Counted from the first letter of the stretch, positions 33,001 through 43,398 are shown. The stretch is DNA of 64,000 bases from Promethearchaeota archaeon (GCA_018238625.1 JABCSY010000007.1:1-64000), one strand, 5' to 3'. Translations and numbers: made by a program. The notes: generated by a model from the sequence alone, not told the origin.

Positions 33001-35241
33001 AGAGATTTCCCAAATTTCATCCCAATTTAAATTATAACTGTTATGCCAGCTATCGTCGATTTCTTCATTTATTCTATTATGAATTTGAAAATCTCCCGAA
33101 TCCATAGGGGATATTGGATTTTCATAACTCCCTTCATATTCAAAATGTCGATAGAATTTATAAGGGGTATTTATTAACGAAGTATTCCAAAATATATTCC
33201 CTGATAATCCATCTATAACTAAGAATTTTATATATTTACTTAACAAAGATTTATAAATTTTCTCTGCCATACTTGATTGGATACTCTCTTGATCCGATAG
33301 ATCTTTAACAATTTGTGTTATCTCTGGAGGTATCGTTGAAGGAATAATCCAAGAAGCATAATCATCAACATTATCATCATTAATATCTCCTATATTCTTT
33401 ATATCTCTTAAACCCTCATAATATTGAAGTGCTGAGATTTCAAAATCCCAGATTATTTCACCACTTTTTCCATCAACAGAGTATAACTCCTTTATAATTT
33501 GTTTTCCATTATTTTCTGATTGACTCCATTCAGGTTCAAAGCTACTTATTTTTTCCACTAAAAAATCGTTAAATCCATTATTATTTAAATCTTCAATCTC
33601 TATTACTTCTGTATCAAAATCCTCATTAGGTCTTACCCATATAATTTCATCATTTTTGCAATCAATACATAAATATCGTCCATTAGCAGAAATTGCAAAT
33701 AAATCTTCTACACTATCACCATTAACATCACCAATATTCAAGAGATAATGAGTAATAAAAGTATCATGATAGTAAGATGGGTATTCATATTCTCCAAGAT
33801 CTCGATAAACAACAATAGGATATTCTGAGCCAATATCGTTTATATCAAAACGGTTAATCAACGACGCTTCAGGTGTGTTATAATCAGTTTCATATTGGTA
33901 AAAACATAACTGAATTCCATAATCAAGAGCTATAACTTCAGGATAAGAACTAAAGTAAAAATCTTCGTAAGTCCAATTAATAAAATTAGTAATTCTAAAT
34001 TTTTCTTCTGAAGTTGGATCAAGTTGAAATAAAATCCCTTGAATAACACCATTTTGAAATAGATCATAAACACTTGAACTATAGTCAAGATGACAACTAA
34101 TTGATATATATTCATCAATCCCATCGTTATTCGTATCTGGAATAGGATAAATTTTTATCCCAGATTTCATAAAAACTCTTCTAACTGAAGAATAAGGAGA
34201 TGTGGGTATATTATATCTGGATAAAGGTGATGTTGATTCAGTCATATTATAACATATAACATTATCAATCTCATTTCCGTATCTTCCAGAAATTATTCTT
34301 AAATAACCATCATCAGCCGCAATAAGAACATCGTTAATAGAGTCATCATCAATATCTCCAACGATTAGTATTTCATCAATTGAATTGGGAACTTCTACAT
34401 AAGTATAATGAAACATATCAAAGATGAGTACTGAGGATTTTCTCAGGGAATAACTCCATAATTTGGTTCCGATCTTTGAATCAAATGCGATTAATTCTCC
34501 TTCTTCTGATCCCGCTACAATAGTTTGATATCCATTATTATTAATATCATCCAATACTTCTAACTTCCAAATATCATTTGTAAAATCTTTATCATTCATC
34601 CAAACTTTAGCACCCGATTTTCCATTTATAACGTATAATCTATACCATGAAGAAATTACGATTTCTGGAATAAAGTCATCAGTAATATCATTGACTATTT
34701 CTATATCCCATGAATATGTAATATGGTCTTGCTCTTCATAATTTTCGGTACTTATACCTTTTATCGTAGGTTTAAACTTCCATATTTCTGACCCATTATT
34801 GGAGGCTATTGCTATTAGATTAGGATGATCTTTATTGTAAGTAATGAGAACTATATCTTTAACATCATCACCAGAAATATCTTCAATAATTTCGAAATCA
34901 ATTACAGGACCCATTGTTCTATAACTCATTTTAATAAAACCATTCAAGGTGATTGTTGCAATTCCTTTATCCATTCCTACAACAATTAAAGAAGGACCTC
35001 CTTCAGTAAAATTTACCATTCTAGGTTGCACTGTTGGTCCATCCCCCGGTATACCTTTACCTACTTTCCAGAGTATTGAATCTGCCCCAGAGCCTCCATT
35101 TTGAGATCCAAGATTAATCACACTCTCATTTGTCAATATATTAGATGGAATTGTAACAATAATAGGTAATAGCAATAAAATACCTATTATTATCGTCGTA
35201 AATACTTTATACCTTCGTTTTAAAATCATTGCAACTTTCAT
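30067..35241 (-). CDS. Large membrane-anchored surface protein with FG-GAP/PQQ-like beta-propeller repeats
   Basis: About 12 DxNxDG-type loops (e.g. GDVNGDSVEDL, GDINNDGISD); N-terminal signal, C-terminal TM with basic tail. Confidence 0.88.
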   Translation of the reverse strand: MKVAMILKRRYKVFTTIIIGILLLLPIIVTIPSNILTNESVINLGSQNGGSGADSILWKVGKGIPGDGPTVQPRMVNFTEGGPSLIVVGMDKGIATITLNGFIKMSYRTMGPVIDFEIIEDISGDDVKDIVLITYNKDHPNLIAIASNNGSEIWKFKPTIKGISTENYEEQDHITYSWDIEIVNDITDDFIPEIVISSWYRLYVINGKSGAKVWMNDKDFTNDIWKLEVLDDINNNGYQTIVAGSEEGELIAFDSKIGTKLWSYSLRKSSVLIFDMFHYTYVEVPNSIDEILIVGDIDDDSINDVLIAADDGYLRIISGRYGNEIDNVICYNMTESTSPLSRYNIPTSPYSSVRRVFMKSGIKIYPIPDTNNDGIDEYISISCHLDYSSSVYDLFQNGVIQGILFQLDPTSEEKFRITNFINWTYEDFYFSSYPEVIALDYGIQLCFYQYETDYNTPEASLINRFDINDIGSEYPIVVYRDLGEYEYPSYYHDTFITHYLLNIGDVNGDSVEDLFAISANGRYLCIDCKNDEIIWVRPNEDFDTEVIEIEDLNNNGFNDFLVEKISSFEPEWSQSENNGKQIIKELYSVDGKSGEIIWDFEISALQYYEGLRDIKNIGDINDDNVDDYASWIIPSTIPPEITQIVKDLSDQESIQSSMAEKIYKSLLSKYIKFLVIDGLSGNIFWNTSLINTPYKFYRHFEYEGSYENPISPMDSGDFQIHNRINEEIDDSWHNSYNLNWDEIWEISSLLRAESIELINGTSTNREFDLWGNQNSNYTYTSYNSSDSTKSLKIGTTSNSTSVGSVESGDNQYWVLNSVPTAGKDKINVELSFNLSNPINSELHNLVVDYQGFLSSALIEQIDMYIFNFSNGGHWNKISTPAINNTALYTNMTKILNNLENLTLGDQKLVKIKLEAVNATAFTLAIDKLTVDYIYSYGNYTVKATQDSGSWNAVVDLIVPLDFLEDKLLGGMEFPLSQIERLSAFKMQTKLMVNTSSSSGYTFTYEIYNATSERWVICNWDNQHTTWNNHTYPDLKGGFKSPRTNYSDYPLNNTGYQYDHMWIITRGTKDAYPCLEFDYENKTTLSDFINSNKEIRIRINVSNNQIPFDLIIDNFGLGAFYWGLFDNEYDPYYIWKYSVNEWESEFNDVNLLDLEVQSFEVINGTGDNYLDIIAVIGKEGFNENPDDAWSSRIRLFDIKNNLFFDKWSLNKTIIPYQNVRILPINNSLNSWIISGIFKFGDKYNCSHKLIENPYWDTSISYFDNYTDSEVAIDYKWEIIPSFPNVDRYGFKPYELPGKTIISVNGKIGLILGKYVYSESGDIALTDIKTVDINNKSTISIIPTYGLVSVNWYSSLTAGSVDFSLDVVRLKLLTSYEDFNGDTFLDHVGIYRPTNGYYTPTREVKIYSGNSGDSNPIVLFKESFQNIYQNYDAEYSSKSKMPFSSIGDINNDGISDAIVGFQSEGWDCRGCRIQFYDVYNSDENEGIELTQFRWDLEPFECSNPFFSYPSYEFIRNFENIGDINGDNYSEILIDRDLFVKSTDEYGWESYSQSPTFEILDVMKRKFLYRFNLDVSSIYPLLDLNEDNRSEILVVSQDSLYCINSKFSVQILSPTDLGSMSSHNFKIEWDTDASYDYFEVIVNGVSQGHVTNKDIRVSLSSGWKDINIIMHDKSGLISTISSIRVLVPPNQIQIILTFVILGAIASIYIFYRRYSKRQKEMILIKRK

Positions 35242-35819
35242 GTATAAAACACATCAGATTTCAATTATTTCTGGATTTGGCAAATAATTAGGGTTAGTTA
35301 GATTTTTTTATTATTTAACTTTTTTCATTTCTAACTTAATTTATCAAGATATTAGATAATCATAATATAAACTTGCTAAAAGTGAATATTCCATTATTAA
35401 TAGAACTTAAAAAGAATCATGGAGTTTTTCTATAATTTTATCCCTCATAAAAATAATAATTCACTCCAAATCTAAATTTAAAAGGGATAAATAGCAAGGT
35501 AATATTCATTTGACCTACTTTAAAATAGAATAATGCAATTGGTTGAAGAGCTACAATAAAATTATTCATCACATCAACTCTAAAATTATTGAACTTTTTT
35601 TTTCTATTGTATTATTCTTAAACAAATATTATACTGCAAGATTTAGCTTTAGATTAAAAATTGGACTAAATATTATTTAATAATGTTATGTCATTTTGGA
35701 TATTAAGAATCTCTCGTTAAAAGAGAATAAATGATAAAAAGAAATAAATAGAGTGAAAAAAACTGTCAAGTGAAAAGTATAAGCATCGTTATTATTCTAA
35801 AAAGAAATATGAAGCTGCC

Positions 35820-36329
35820 ATGAGCACTTTTGGAACTGGGCTTGTATTTCTATTCGTTGCGATTATGTCGTTAGTTTTTAGAGCGATTAATTTTGACCTT
35901 ATTGGGTTATCATCCTGGGGTTATTGGCTATTTATACCTGCCTTTTTCATTACAATTGGTGGGTTCACACAGATTAACACTAATATTCAATTCCAAAAAG
36001 CAGTAAGAGTTGCAATATTGGACCGTGGTAATCAGGGTGCTCATAAATTAGAAGATATAGCGCTTGAAGTCGGGATTAAACCTAAGGTCGTGCTTCGGGT
36101 CCTAATCGATTTACGCCAAAAAGGAGTCATTAGTTATCGCTTTAATTCTGAAACTGGCGAGATTATCCTCGGAGAGAACGTCGTTTACGCACCTGTTGAT
36201 AATTATGTAGCCCCACCTAAGAACCTTGCAGAACCCTTATCAACAGAGGGAAAGAGTTATTGCGTTTATTGTGGTCAGCAACTTCGACAAGGGTCCTTAT
36301 TTTGTGAAAATTGCGGCTCTAAAATTTAA
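35820..36329 (+). CDS. Membrane protein with winged-helix and zinc-ribbon domains
   Basis: 2 TM, LEDIALEVGIKPKVV, CVYCG...CENCG; frame open back to CTG 35763. Confidence 0.75.
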   Translation: MSTFGTGLVFLFVAIMSLVFRAINFDLIGLSSWGYWLFIPAFFITIGGFTQINTNIQFQKAVRVAILDRGNQGAHKLEDIALEVGIKPKVVLRVLIDLRQKGVISYRFNSETGEIILGENVVYAPVDNYVAPPKNLAEPLSTEGKSYCVYCGQQLRQGSLFCENCGSKI

Positions 36330-36753
36330 TCTAAGTAATTCAAACTTTAAAAAACAATTTTATTTTAATTTTCTTTTTGCTAAACTTATTTGATTTTTAT
36401 TCTCAATATATTGTTTCTTTATTTCTACAGCTTTTACAGACTAATTCTATGTGATTGTAGGACTCTCTTAAGAATAATTTATGATGTTTTAGTTCGCATT
36501 CATAGCATTCCTTCTTTCGATAGAAGAAATTAGGAATAAGATGTTCGTAAGATTTTGTTTTTAGATTATTCATATAGAGTTAAAAAACAAATCTTTTTTT
36601 AAGTCCAACCACGGTGGAGATTTTTCGTCTGTAAAATGCATAATTCGTAAGTTTTTTAAAAAGATATAATGTGGTAAAAGATTTATTATCTCATTCTATT
36701 TACTAAAATGAGGATGATCAAAAATTTTAATTGAGAAAATAGAAGGTAACGTA

Positions 36754-37725
36754 ATGAATCGACAAAATCACGGTGGAAATAACAAGGTTCTGATAGAATT
36801 TCAAAATGTATCAAAAAGCTATAAGAATACTTTAGCTTTAGATGAGGTTTCTTTCACCATAAACAAAGGAGATGTGTTTGGTTATATTGGACCTAACGGA
36901 GCGGGAAAAACTACTACAATTAAGATTCTAGTAGGACTAATAAGAGATTATATTGGAGATGTGTATATCACTGGGAAAAATATATCTAAATCTCGCCAAG
37001 AGATATATGAAATATTAGGTTATCATCCACAAGAAGCGGGGTTCCAAAGATGGCGCACTATAAATCACGTTCTAAGAACTTTTGGGCGTTTATCGGGCTT
37101 AGAGTCCACTCTTCTTGAGTCGAAAATTCAGGAAGTACTAGAATTTGTTAACCTACAAGATGTAAGGTATAAGAAGATAATTCATTTATCGGGAGGAATG
37201 ATCCAGAAATTAAGATTAGCTCAAGCGCTTCTAAACGACCCTCAAATAATAGTGTTAGATGAACCCTTATCCGGATTAGATCCGAGTAGTAGGTATCAAG
37301 TAAAAAACCTAATAAAAAATCTTAGCAAAAGGGGAATTACAATATTATTTTCCTCTCACATCTTAACTGACATTCAAGATATTGCAAATAAGATTGGTAT
37401 AGTGAACAAAGGTAGAATTATTAAAATTGGCTCCCCTGACGAGCTACAAAGTGAGTTTCACATAGGTAACATTATCGAAATTGTATATATTAAAGGAGGA
37501 AACCCTTGTCCCAATTTAGAGGATATAGAAGGAATCGAAAGAATCGAAACGGGCGCTTCTAATAAACAACTTGCCCATTTAAAAGTTAATGCTGACATAG
37601 ACAATGTAATTAACGGTATACTTAGAACAATAACAGAACACAAGTCTAAAATGCGCAATTTTAGAATTCTAACGCCAAGTTTAGAGGAAGTCTATTTAAA
37701 ATATATTGAGGGTGATGTTAGATGA
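36754..37725 (+). CDS. ABC transporter ATPase
   Basis: GPNGAGKTT, LSGGM, VLDEPLSGLD. Confidence 0.95.
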   Translation: MNRQNHGGNNKVLIEFQNVSKSYKNTLALDEVSFTINKGDVFGYIGPNGAGKTTTIKILVGLIRDYIGDVYITGKNISKSRQEIYEILGYHPQEAGFQRWRTINHVLRTFGRLSGLESTLLESKIQEVLEFVNLQDVRYKKIIHLSGGMIQKLRLAQALLNDPQIIVLDEPLSGLDPSSRYQVKNLIKNLSKRGITILFSSHILTDIQDIANKIGIVNKGRIIKIGSPDELQSEFHIGNIIEIVYIKGGNPCPNLEDIEGIERIETGASNKQLAHLKVNADIDNVINGILRTITEHKSKMRNFRILTPSLEEVYLKYIEGDVR

Positions 37726-38384
37726 GTTTAAAGATTTTATTCTTAGACGAATTGAAAGGATTCTATAAATCAAAAGTTATGATTATTTTGTGGGTAGGAA
37801 TGCCTTTACTATCGCTGCTTTTCAATTTTATCGTCCCAGACACCGAAGGCATTCCAATCTCTTCCATAGTTGCGATTATATTCTCAAGTATTGGTGGAAT
37901 GCTTGCTTCTGCTATGTTGAGCACATCCATTGCGAGTGAAAAAGTACGGCATGTTTACGATTTATTTTTAATTCGACCAGTTAGACGCACAAATATACTT
38001 TTAGCGAAATTCTTTGCCGTGTATTTGTGTTTAATTATAGCTACAGGTATCTCTCTTGCTATCGGGCTTATTATTGATCAAATAACTATAGGAACTCTTC
38101 CTGAATATGTTATAGTCCAAACAATAGAGTCGCTATCAATAAGTTTGGCAGCTATGGCAATCTCTTGTTCTATTGGAATATTTTTTGGCGTAATGGTTTC
38201 ATCTGTTCCGGTTGCAGCAATATTGTCTGTCTATTTAGGCAATCAACTTTCTGCAATCTCTATTTTACCAACGCTCTTCATAGACTTTATCGACCCTATT
38301 ATTCTTTCTTTACTTATAGGTTCCATTGTACCAACAATCATACTCTCAATTAGCATTTTGATATTTGCGAGGAAACAGTTTTAA
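37722..38384 (+). CDS. ABC-2 type permease
   Basis: IASEK...RPVRRTNILLAKF; 6 TM. Confidence 0.88.
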   Translation: MSLKILFLDELKGFYKSKVMIILWVGMPLLSLLFNFIVPDTEGIPISSIVAIIFSSIGGMLASAMLSTSIASEKVRHVYDLFLIRPVRRTNILLAKFFAVYLCLIIATGISLAIGLIIDQITIGTLPEYVIVQTIESLSISLAAMAISCSIGIFFGVMVSSVPVAAILSVYLGNQLSAISILPTLFIDFIDPIILSLLIGSIVPTIILSISILIFARKQF

Positions 38385-38401
38385 TTGACTTCCATCATAG
38401 A

Positions 38402-39973
38402 TTAATTTGAATTTATTATATCAAATTCTTCTTTTTTAGCATAACTTACTTTAAAGAAATCAAGCCATTTATTGAATGTCTCTAATCGTTTTTGAAAAGT
38501 TTTAAAATTCTTCTTGTTTTTAGGGATCCATCCCGTCTCTGCAATAGCTATTAACCTTGGAAATGCTTGCCATTCTAAGGTTTTCTTATTTTTTACAAAT
38601 TCCGTCCATAAACATGCCTCAATTCCTAAAATTTTGTCGTGATATTTTGCTTCTAATTCGTTTGGAATTGGTTCGTAATTATAGGATCTTTCTAAGGGGA
38701 TTATTTTATAAGGGTAATTTAGATAAACCGCTGACATTTCAGACATCACTACTTCCCTCCCCAATCTTGCGTGCTCTAAAACTTGCTTTAAATTTGCCGT
38801 CCAATAATGACATATCGCGTTTTCGTTTAGTTTGTCGTTTAGAATTTCGTTCCATCCTATTATCTGTTTTCCTTTAGACTCTAAATAATCTGCAATTCTA
38901 TTAGTAAAATATACTTGTAAATTTTCTACGCTTCCAAGTTCCTCGTTCTTAATGCGGGCTTGACAATCAAGACAGTTTTTCCACCTCTTTTTTGGAGCTT
39001 CGTCGCCACCGATATGAATTATCTTAGAGGGGAAAATTTCAATAATTTCGTTTAGCACATTTTGAGTAAATTCAAAAACTTTTTCTTTTCCTATACAAAG
39101 TACCTCTTTATGAATCCCAAACCGAGTACTAACTTTAAAAGGTCCACCCGTGCAACTCAACTCGGGATAAGCCGCGAGAGCTGCCGTTGTGTGCCCGGGA
39201 AAATCTAATTCTGGAATAATTGTAATAAACCGCTCAGTAGCGTATTGGATCAGCTCAATCAGATCTTGTTGAGTGTAATAGCCCGATACTGGAACTCCAT
39301 CTAGAGGAACTTTATTTTTTCGATTACTTCTGAAAGATCCTTGAGAAGCTATTGTACCTTCCCGTTTTGAGCCGATCTCTGTAAGTAGAGGATATTTCTT
39401 TATTTCTACTCGCCACCCTTGATCTTCAGTGAGGTGGAAGTGGAATTTGTTTAACTTTAAAAAAGCCATAAGATCTAATACTTTTTTCACTTCGCTCTTA
39501 GTAAAGAAATGGCGCCCTACATCCAGCATAAATCCACGCCACTTAAAACGAGGATAATCCTCTATTACAACACACGGAATAGAGAACTCTAAATTTATGT
39601 TTTTTCCTCCAATTGCTTCAAGTGGAATTAACTGTCGCATCGTTTGGATACCGTAAAAGACCCCATTAGGTGTAGAAGCTACAATCTCAATACGATCTTG
39701 GGAAACTATTAAACTGTAGCTTTCGTGCTTTAGCTGTTTTTCGTTATTAACTGTTTTAAGAATAATTACATTATTACTTTCCTTAGTTTGCAAATCTTCC
39801 TTTATAGCAATATTTAATCCGAGCGTTGATAATAAAACCTGCTTAAGTTGCTCGGCAATTGCTATTAATTTTAAATCTGTCAAAATTAGAGTTTTTTTGT
39901 TAAGTGTAAACGCTCCCTCTTTTGACGATATATTAACAGGTTCCGGGATTATGCTAAGCTCTTTTAGAGTCAT
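38402..39973 (-). CDS. Beta-N-acetylhexosaminidase (GH20)
   Basis: DYPRFKWRGFMLDVGRH, HLTEDQGWR, HIGGDE, LWTE. Confidence 0.96.
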   Translation of the reverse strand: MTLKELSIIPEPVNISSKEGAFTLNKKTLILTDLKLIAIAEQLKQVLLSTLGLNIAIKEDLQTKESNNVIILKTVNNEKQLKHESYSLIVSQDRIEIVASTPNGVFYGIQTMRQLIPLEAIGGKNINLEFSIPCVVIEDYPRFKWRGFMLDVGRHFFTKSEVKKVLDLMAFLKLNKFHFHLTEDQGWRVEIKKYPLLTEIGSKREGTIASQGSFRSNRKNKVPLDGVPVSGYYTQQDLIELIQYATERFITIIPELDFPGHTTAALAAYPELSCTGGPFKVSTRFGIHKEVLCIGKEKVFEFTQNVLNEIIEIFPSKIIHIGGDEAPKKRWKNCLDCQARIKNEELGSVENLQVYFTNRIADYLESKGKQIIGWNEILNDKLNENAICHYWTANLKQVLEHARLGREVVMSEMSAVYLNYPYKIIPLERSYNYEPIPNELEAKYHDKILGIEACLWTEFVKNKKTLEWQAFPRLIAIAETGWIPKNKKNFKTFQKRLETFNKWLDFFKVSYAKKEEFDIINSN

Positions 39974-40134
39974 TTTACAAGGCTTCCTTCGAATTTTTTA
40001 AAATAGGACATAGAATTAATAAAAAGATTAGGTTAAAGAATTTTAAATTCCATTAAAATTTAAAGATTATTTTGATTACATCGAATAATTAGAAAATAAT
40101 AAATCTTAAAATTCAACCTTACTATTTTTTTAAT

Positions 40135-40632
40135 ATGAAAGATAAGGATAAGGCACACCCTTCGGGTGAAGATATTGATCTTAATATTTTAGGAATTCTT
40201 AGCGAAAATAGTAGAGAAAATTACAATCAAATCGCTCTCAAATTAGGAAATTCCCCAGTTACTATTAAAAAGCATGTGGAAGACCTGGAACAAAAGGGTA
40301 TTATTAAAGGGTATGGGATAGATATCGACTTTGAAAAATTGGGTTACGATATTATTGCAACAATAGAAGTGACTGTTTCAAAAGGTAAAATGATTGAAGT
40401 AGAAACAGATATCGCGGAAAATCCTAATGTTTTTGGGGTTTACGATATCACGGGAGATTACGATGCCCTCGTTTTTGCTCGCTTCAAAACGCGCACGGAG
40501 TTAAGCGCAATGATTAAAAAACTTCATGCTTCTCCTTTTGTAGAAAGGACAAATACTCACCTCATTTTAAATGTAATTAAAGAAGGAAGCTCGTTTGTTG
40601 ACCTTTTAGAAAAAGAGAATAATGGTAAGTAG
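40135..40632 (+). CDS. Lrp/AsnC transcriptional regulator
   Basis: N-terminal HTH, VYDITGDYD. Confidence 0.95.
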   Translation: MKDKDKAHPSGEDIDLNILGILSENSRENYNQIALKLGNSPVTIKKHVEDLEQKGIIKGYGIDIDFEKLGYDIIATIEVTVSKGKMIEVETDIAENPNVFGVYDITGDYDALVFARFKTRTELSAMIKKLHASPFVERTNTHLILNVIKEGSSFVDLLEKENNGK

Positions 40633-40730
40633 ATACTCACAAAAATTTATTTAAATCTCCAATTTTCACTTTTATTACTAAATTTGTCGGGACTCTTTTT
40701 TTATTATTCTTGAATTTTATATCTATAACT

Positions 40731-40940
40731 ATGAGCCTAGAAATTGTAAAAAAAAAAAGACTTGAAAATATTTATATCGTACCTAATGACGGTTTTTTCG
40801 ATCTTTCTCAGGCTATCATCTCCATTTCAGACTTTTTTCAAACATATCCTCGCTTAGATCTATACACAGGGATGGAAAATATTCCTTTCGAAGAAAGAGA
40901 ACCGGAATATAAAAAAATCCTGTTATCCGAATTTTTATAA
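40731..40940 (+). CDS. Hypothetical small protein
   Basis: ATG 40731 in the 40710 ORF; no motif recognised. Confidence 0.35.
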   Translation: MSLEIVKKKRLENIYIVPNDGFFDLSQAIISISDFFQTYPRLDLYTGMENIPFEEREPEYKKILLSEFL

Positions 40941-41077
40941 ACTCTCTTTTATAAAATTATTTTTTCTCGTCTCGTCTTGTATTGAAAAGGATATGCTAAA
41001 TATAATTTAACTCCTTTATGCTAACATTTAAATTTGTTAGTCTATCTATTCATAATTAGATTAACTACAAAAAAGGG

Positions 41078-41248
41078 ATGAATTTTATGTCATTTTATTG
41101 GAGACTCAGATATATGTTCAGAAAATCTAAGGAAATAGAAGAATTAGAAAAAGAATTAGGAGTTAGAGGAGATAAAGGAATTAAAGGAGTTAGAGACACA
41201 TTTAGAGAAATCGACGAAAGAAATTCAAAAAATAAAAATATTGATTAA
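41078..41248 (+). CDS. Small protein with short Gly-X-Y run (not in ORF track)
   Basis: MNFMSFYWRLRYMFRKSKEIEELEKELGVRGDKGIKGVRDTFREIDERNSKNKNID. Confidence 0.45.
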   Translation: MNFMSFYWRLRYMFRKSKEIEELEKELGVRGDKGIKGVRDTFREIDERNSKNKNID

Positions 41249-41276
41249 AAGAAATTCACTCAGTCTCAATTAGTTA

Positions 41277-41960
41277 CTATAATTTTGGGCTATTCTTATT
41301 TTTAGCTCTTATTAGCGAATAAATTCCATAAAATAACATTATTAGACACAAAAATAGTGCTGGGAGCATAGAAATAGCGAATGATGAAAATTCATCTGTA
41401 CCAAATGGAGCTACACAACATAAACATATAAAAATACTATAAACTATTAAAATAAGAGAAATTGTTATTAGAACAACACCAAGAATTCTTTCGTTCTTAA
41501 CATTTACTATACCTTTGTCAATATAAAATAAATTAAGCTCCTTATTCCCTATAAGGGCAAAAATTGCACTAAAGAAAAATCCCCAAGATGATAACCGTAT
41601 AGTAATAATCTCGAAAGATAAATAATATTGACTTGCTATTAGCAGTATAATTGCTATGGCATAAATTAGATTTTTATCGTATGGATTACCAAGTTTGGCA
41701 TTACGTAACTCACCAAAAAATACCACTAGTAAAATCATTGCATTAACTATTAAAAAATAACCCTGAAATATATTACCACTAATATATAATTCTATCTCTT
41801 CAGTTGGATTGCGTGGAATTAAGATGTAAAACCCATAGATCCAATGAACCATGTCTCCAACATCAAATCCTATAGCCTGACTTACATGAGTTGGGAAAAT
41901 AAGTTCGATTATTGAAAAACCAAGTGATAAATAAAAGAATATTTTAATTTTCCAGGGCAT
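41277..41960 (-). CDS. Membrane protein, tandem paralogue A
   Basis: Shares FPTHVSQAIGFDVGDMVHWIYG with 42076-42768. Confidence 0.8.
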   Translation of the reverse strand: MPWKIKIFFYLSLGFSIIELIFPTHVSQAIGFDVGDMVHWIYGFYILIPRNPTEEIELYISGNIFQGYFLIVNAMILLVVFFGELRNAKLGNPYDKNLIYAIAIILLIASQYYLSFEIITIRLSSWGFFFSAIFALIGNKELNLFYIDKGIVNVKNERILGVVLITISLILIVYSIFICLCCVAPFGTDEFSSFAISMLPALFLCLIMLFYGIYSLIRAKNKNSPKL

Positions 41961-42075
41961 GCGCTCACTCTTGTTCTATAAATTGTATAAAAATCTCTTA
42001 TTGTATAGTTTTTTTTATCAACTTAAATAGTTTATTCTCTATGCTCTAAGCATTTCAAATGATATAAATCTCAAT

Positions 42076-42768
42076 TTACTGCTGCAATTTTGATCTATTC
42101 TTATTTTTAGCTCTTATTAGCGAATTTATACCGTAATATAACATTATTAGCAACAAAATAAGTGCTGGGTACATATTAGAAGCGAATGATAGTAAAAATA
42201 CATCTACTTCAAATAGAACTACAGAAGGTAAAATCATAGATATAATATAAACTAGAAAAATAAGAGATATCGTTATTAGAATAACACCAAGTTTTCTTTC
42301 TTTCTTAACATTTACTACACCTTTGTCAATGTAAAATAAATTAAGCTCCTTATTCCCCATAAGGGCAAAAAGCGCGCTAAAGATAAATCCCCAAATCGAT
42401 AACCGCATAACTATAATTAAGTTGTTTAATTCATAAAATTGACTTGCCATTAGCTGTATAAATGCAATTACGTAAATTAGATTTTTATCGTATCGATTAC
42501 CCCGTTTAGCACTACGCAACTCAACAAAAGAAACTACTAGAAAAAGAACAGCAATAAATATGAAAAAATAGCTCGGACCAGAACTATTATTATATAATTC
42601 TATCTCTCCAGTTGGATTGCGTGGAAATAGGATGTAATACCCATAGATCCAATGAACCATGTCTCCAACATCAAATCCTATAGCCTGACTTACATGAGTA
42701 GGGAAGATAAATCCACATAATGAAAAACCAAGTGATAAATAAAAGTATATATCAATTTTCCTAGGCAT
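42076..42768 (-). CDS. Membrane protein, tandem paralogue B
   Basis: Duplicated with 41277-41960, including upstream DNA. Confidence 0.8.
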   Translation of the reverse strand: MPRKIDIYFYLSLGFSLCGFIFPTHVSQAIGFDVGDMVHWIYGYYILFPRNPTGEIELYNNSSGPSYFFIFIAVLFLVVSFVELRSAKRGNRYDKNLIYVIAFIQLMASQFYELNNLIIVMRLSIWGFIFSALFALMGNKELNLFYIDKGVVNVKKERKLGVILITISLIFLVYIISMILPSVVLFEVDVFLLSFASNMYPALILLLIMLYYGINSLIRAKNKNRSKLQQ

Positions 42769-43137
42769 GTTCTCCCTCTTGTTCTATAAATTGTATAAAC
42801 ATCTCTAATTATATAATGTTTTTTTGTCAACTTAAATATCTTTCTTATGTATCGAGTAGGCTCGATAGTTTTTTTTAGTAATATATTATTAAATTCTCAG
42901 TTTTTTGTCGTTAGAGTATTCTCAGTGGTTAATTTTTTTTTACCGCAGAACAATAAGTTTATAAGCAAGAAGCTCTCATTCTAAAAACTTTTCAAGAAAA
43001 AGATGATTAATCTTAAAATTCTTCAGATATTTTCTTAAATAATAAAACTTTTAAAGATACGTTCATAAATATTAAATAATGTTTACGGGAATATATTCCC
43101 ACAAATAAAAGCAAAAAAATTTGTATGTGAATTATGG

Positions 43138-43398
43138 ATGATAAAAATGTTAGAAAAGTTAGATGAAAGCCCAGTGGTTGCGATAATTGCAACAGAAGAA
43201 GTGTTTAAGACATATGAACTAATATGCTTAGATAAGTTAAAGGAAATAGGTAGATCAACAGCGAGAGATTGGTCTTTTGCTATGGGATACAACCATCGTA
43301 GTTCACTTGCTAAAATTATTCGAAGGATTATAGAGAGATACCCTGAGAAGCTTAAGATTTACGGAGATAGATATCCACGCCTCTACGAAGCAATGTAG
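43138..43398 (+). CDS. Small putative DNA-binding (HTH-like) protein
   Basis: STARDWSFAMGYNHRSSLAKIIRRI. Confidence 0.65.
   Translation: MIKMLEKLDESPVVAIIATEEVFKTYELICLDKLKEIGRSTARDWSFAMGYNHRSSLAKIIRRIIERYPEKLKIYGDRYPRLYEAM

Larger units (their letters stand above)
41277..42840. repeat. ~800-bp tandem duplication (gene plus promoter)
   Basis: ctcttgttctataaattgtataaa...tcaacttaaata upstream of both copies. Confidence 0.85.

Noticed and set aside
42850-42876. Hairpin TATCGAG-TAGG-CTCGATA plus T run
   Set aside because: Terminator-like but no + strand gene directly upstream; cannot be assigned
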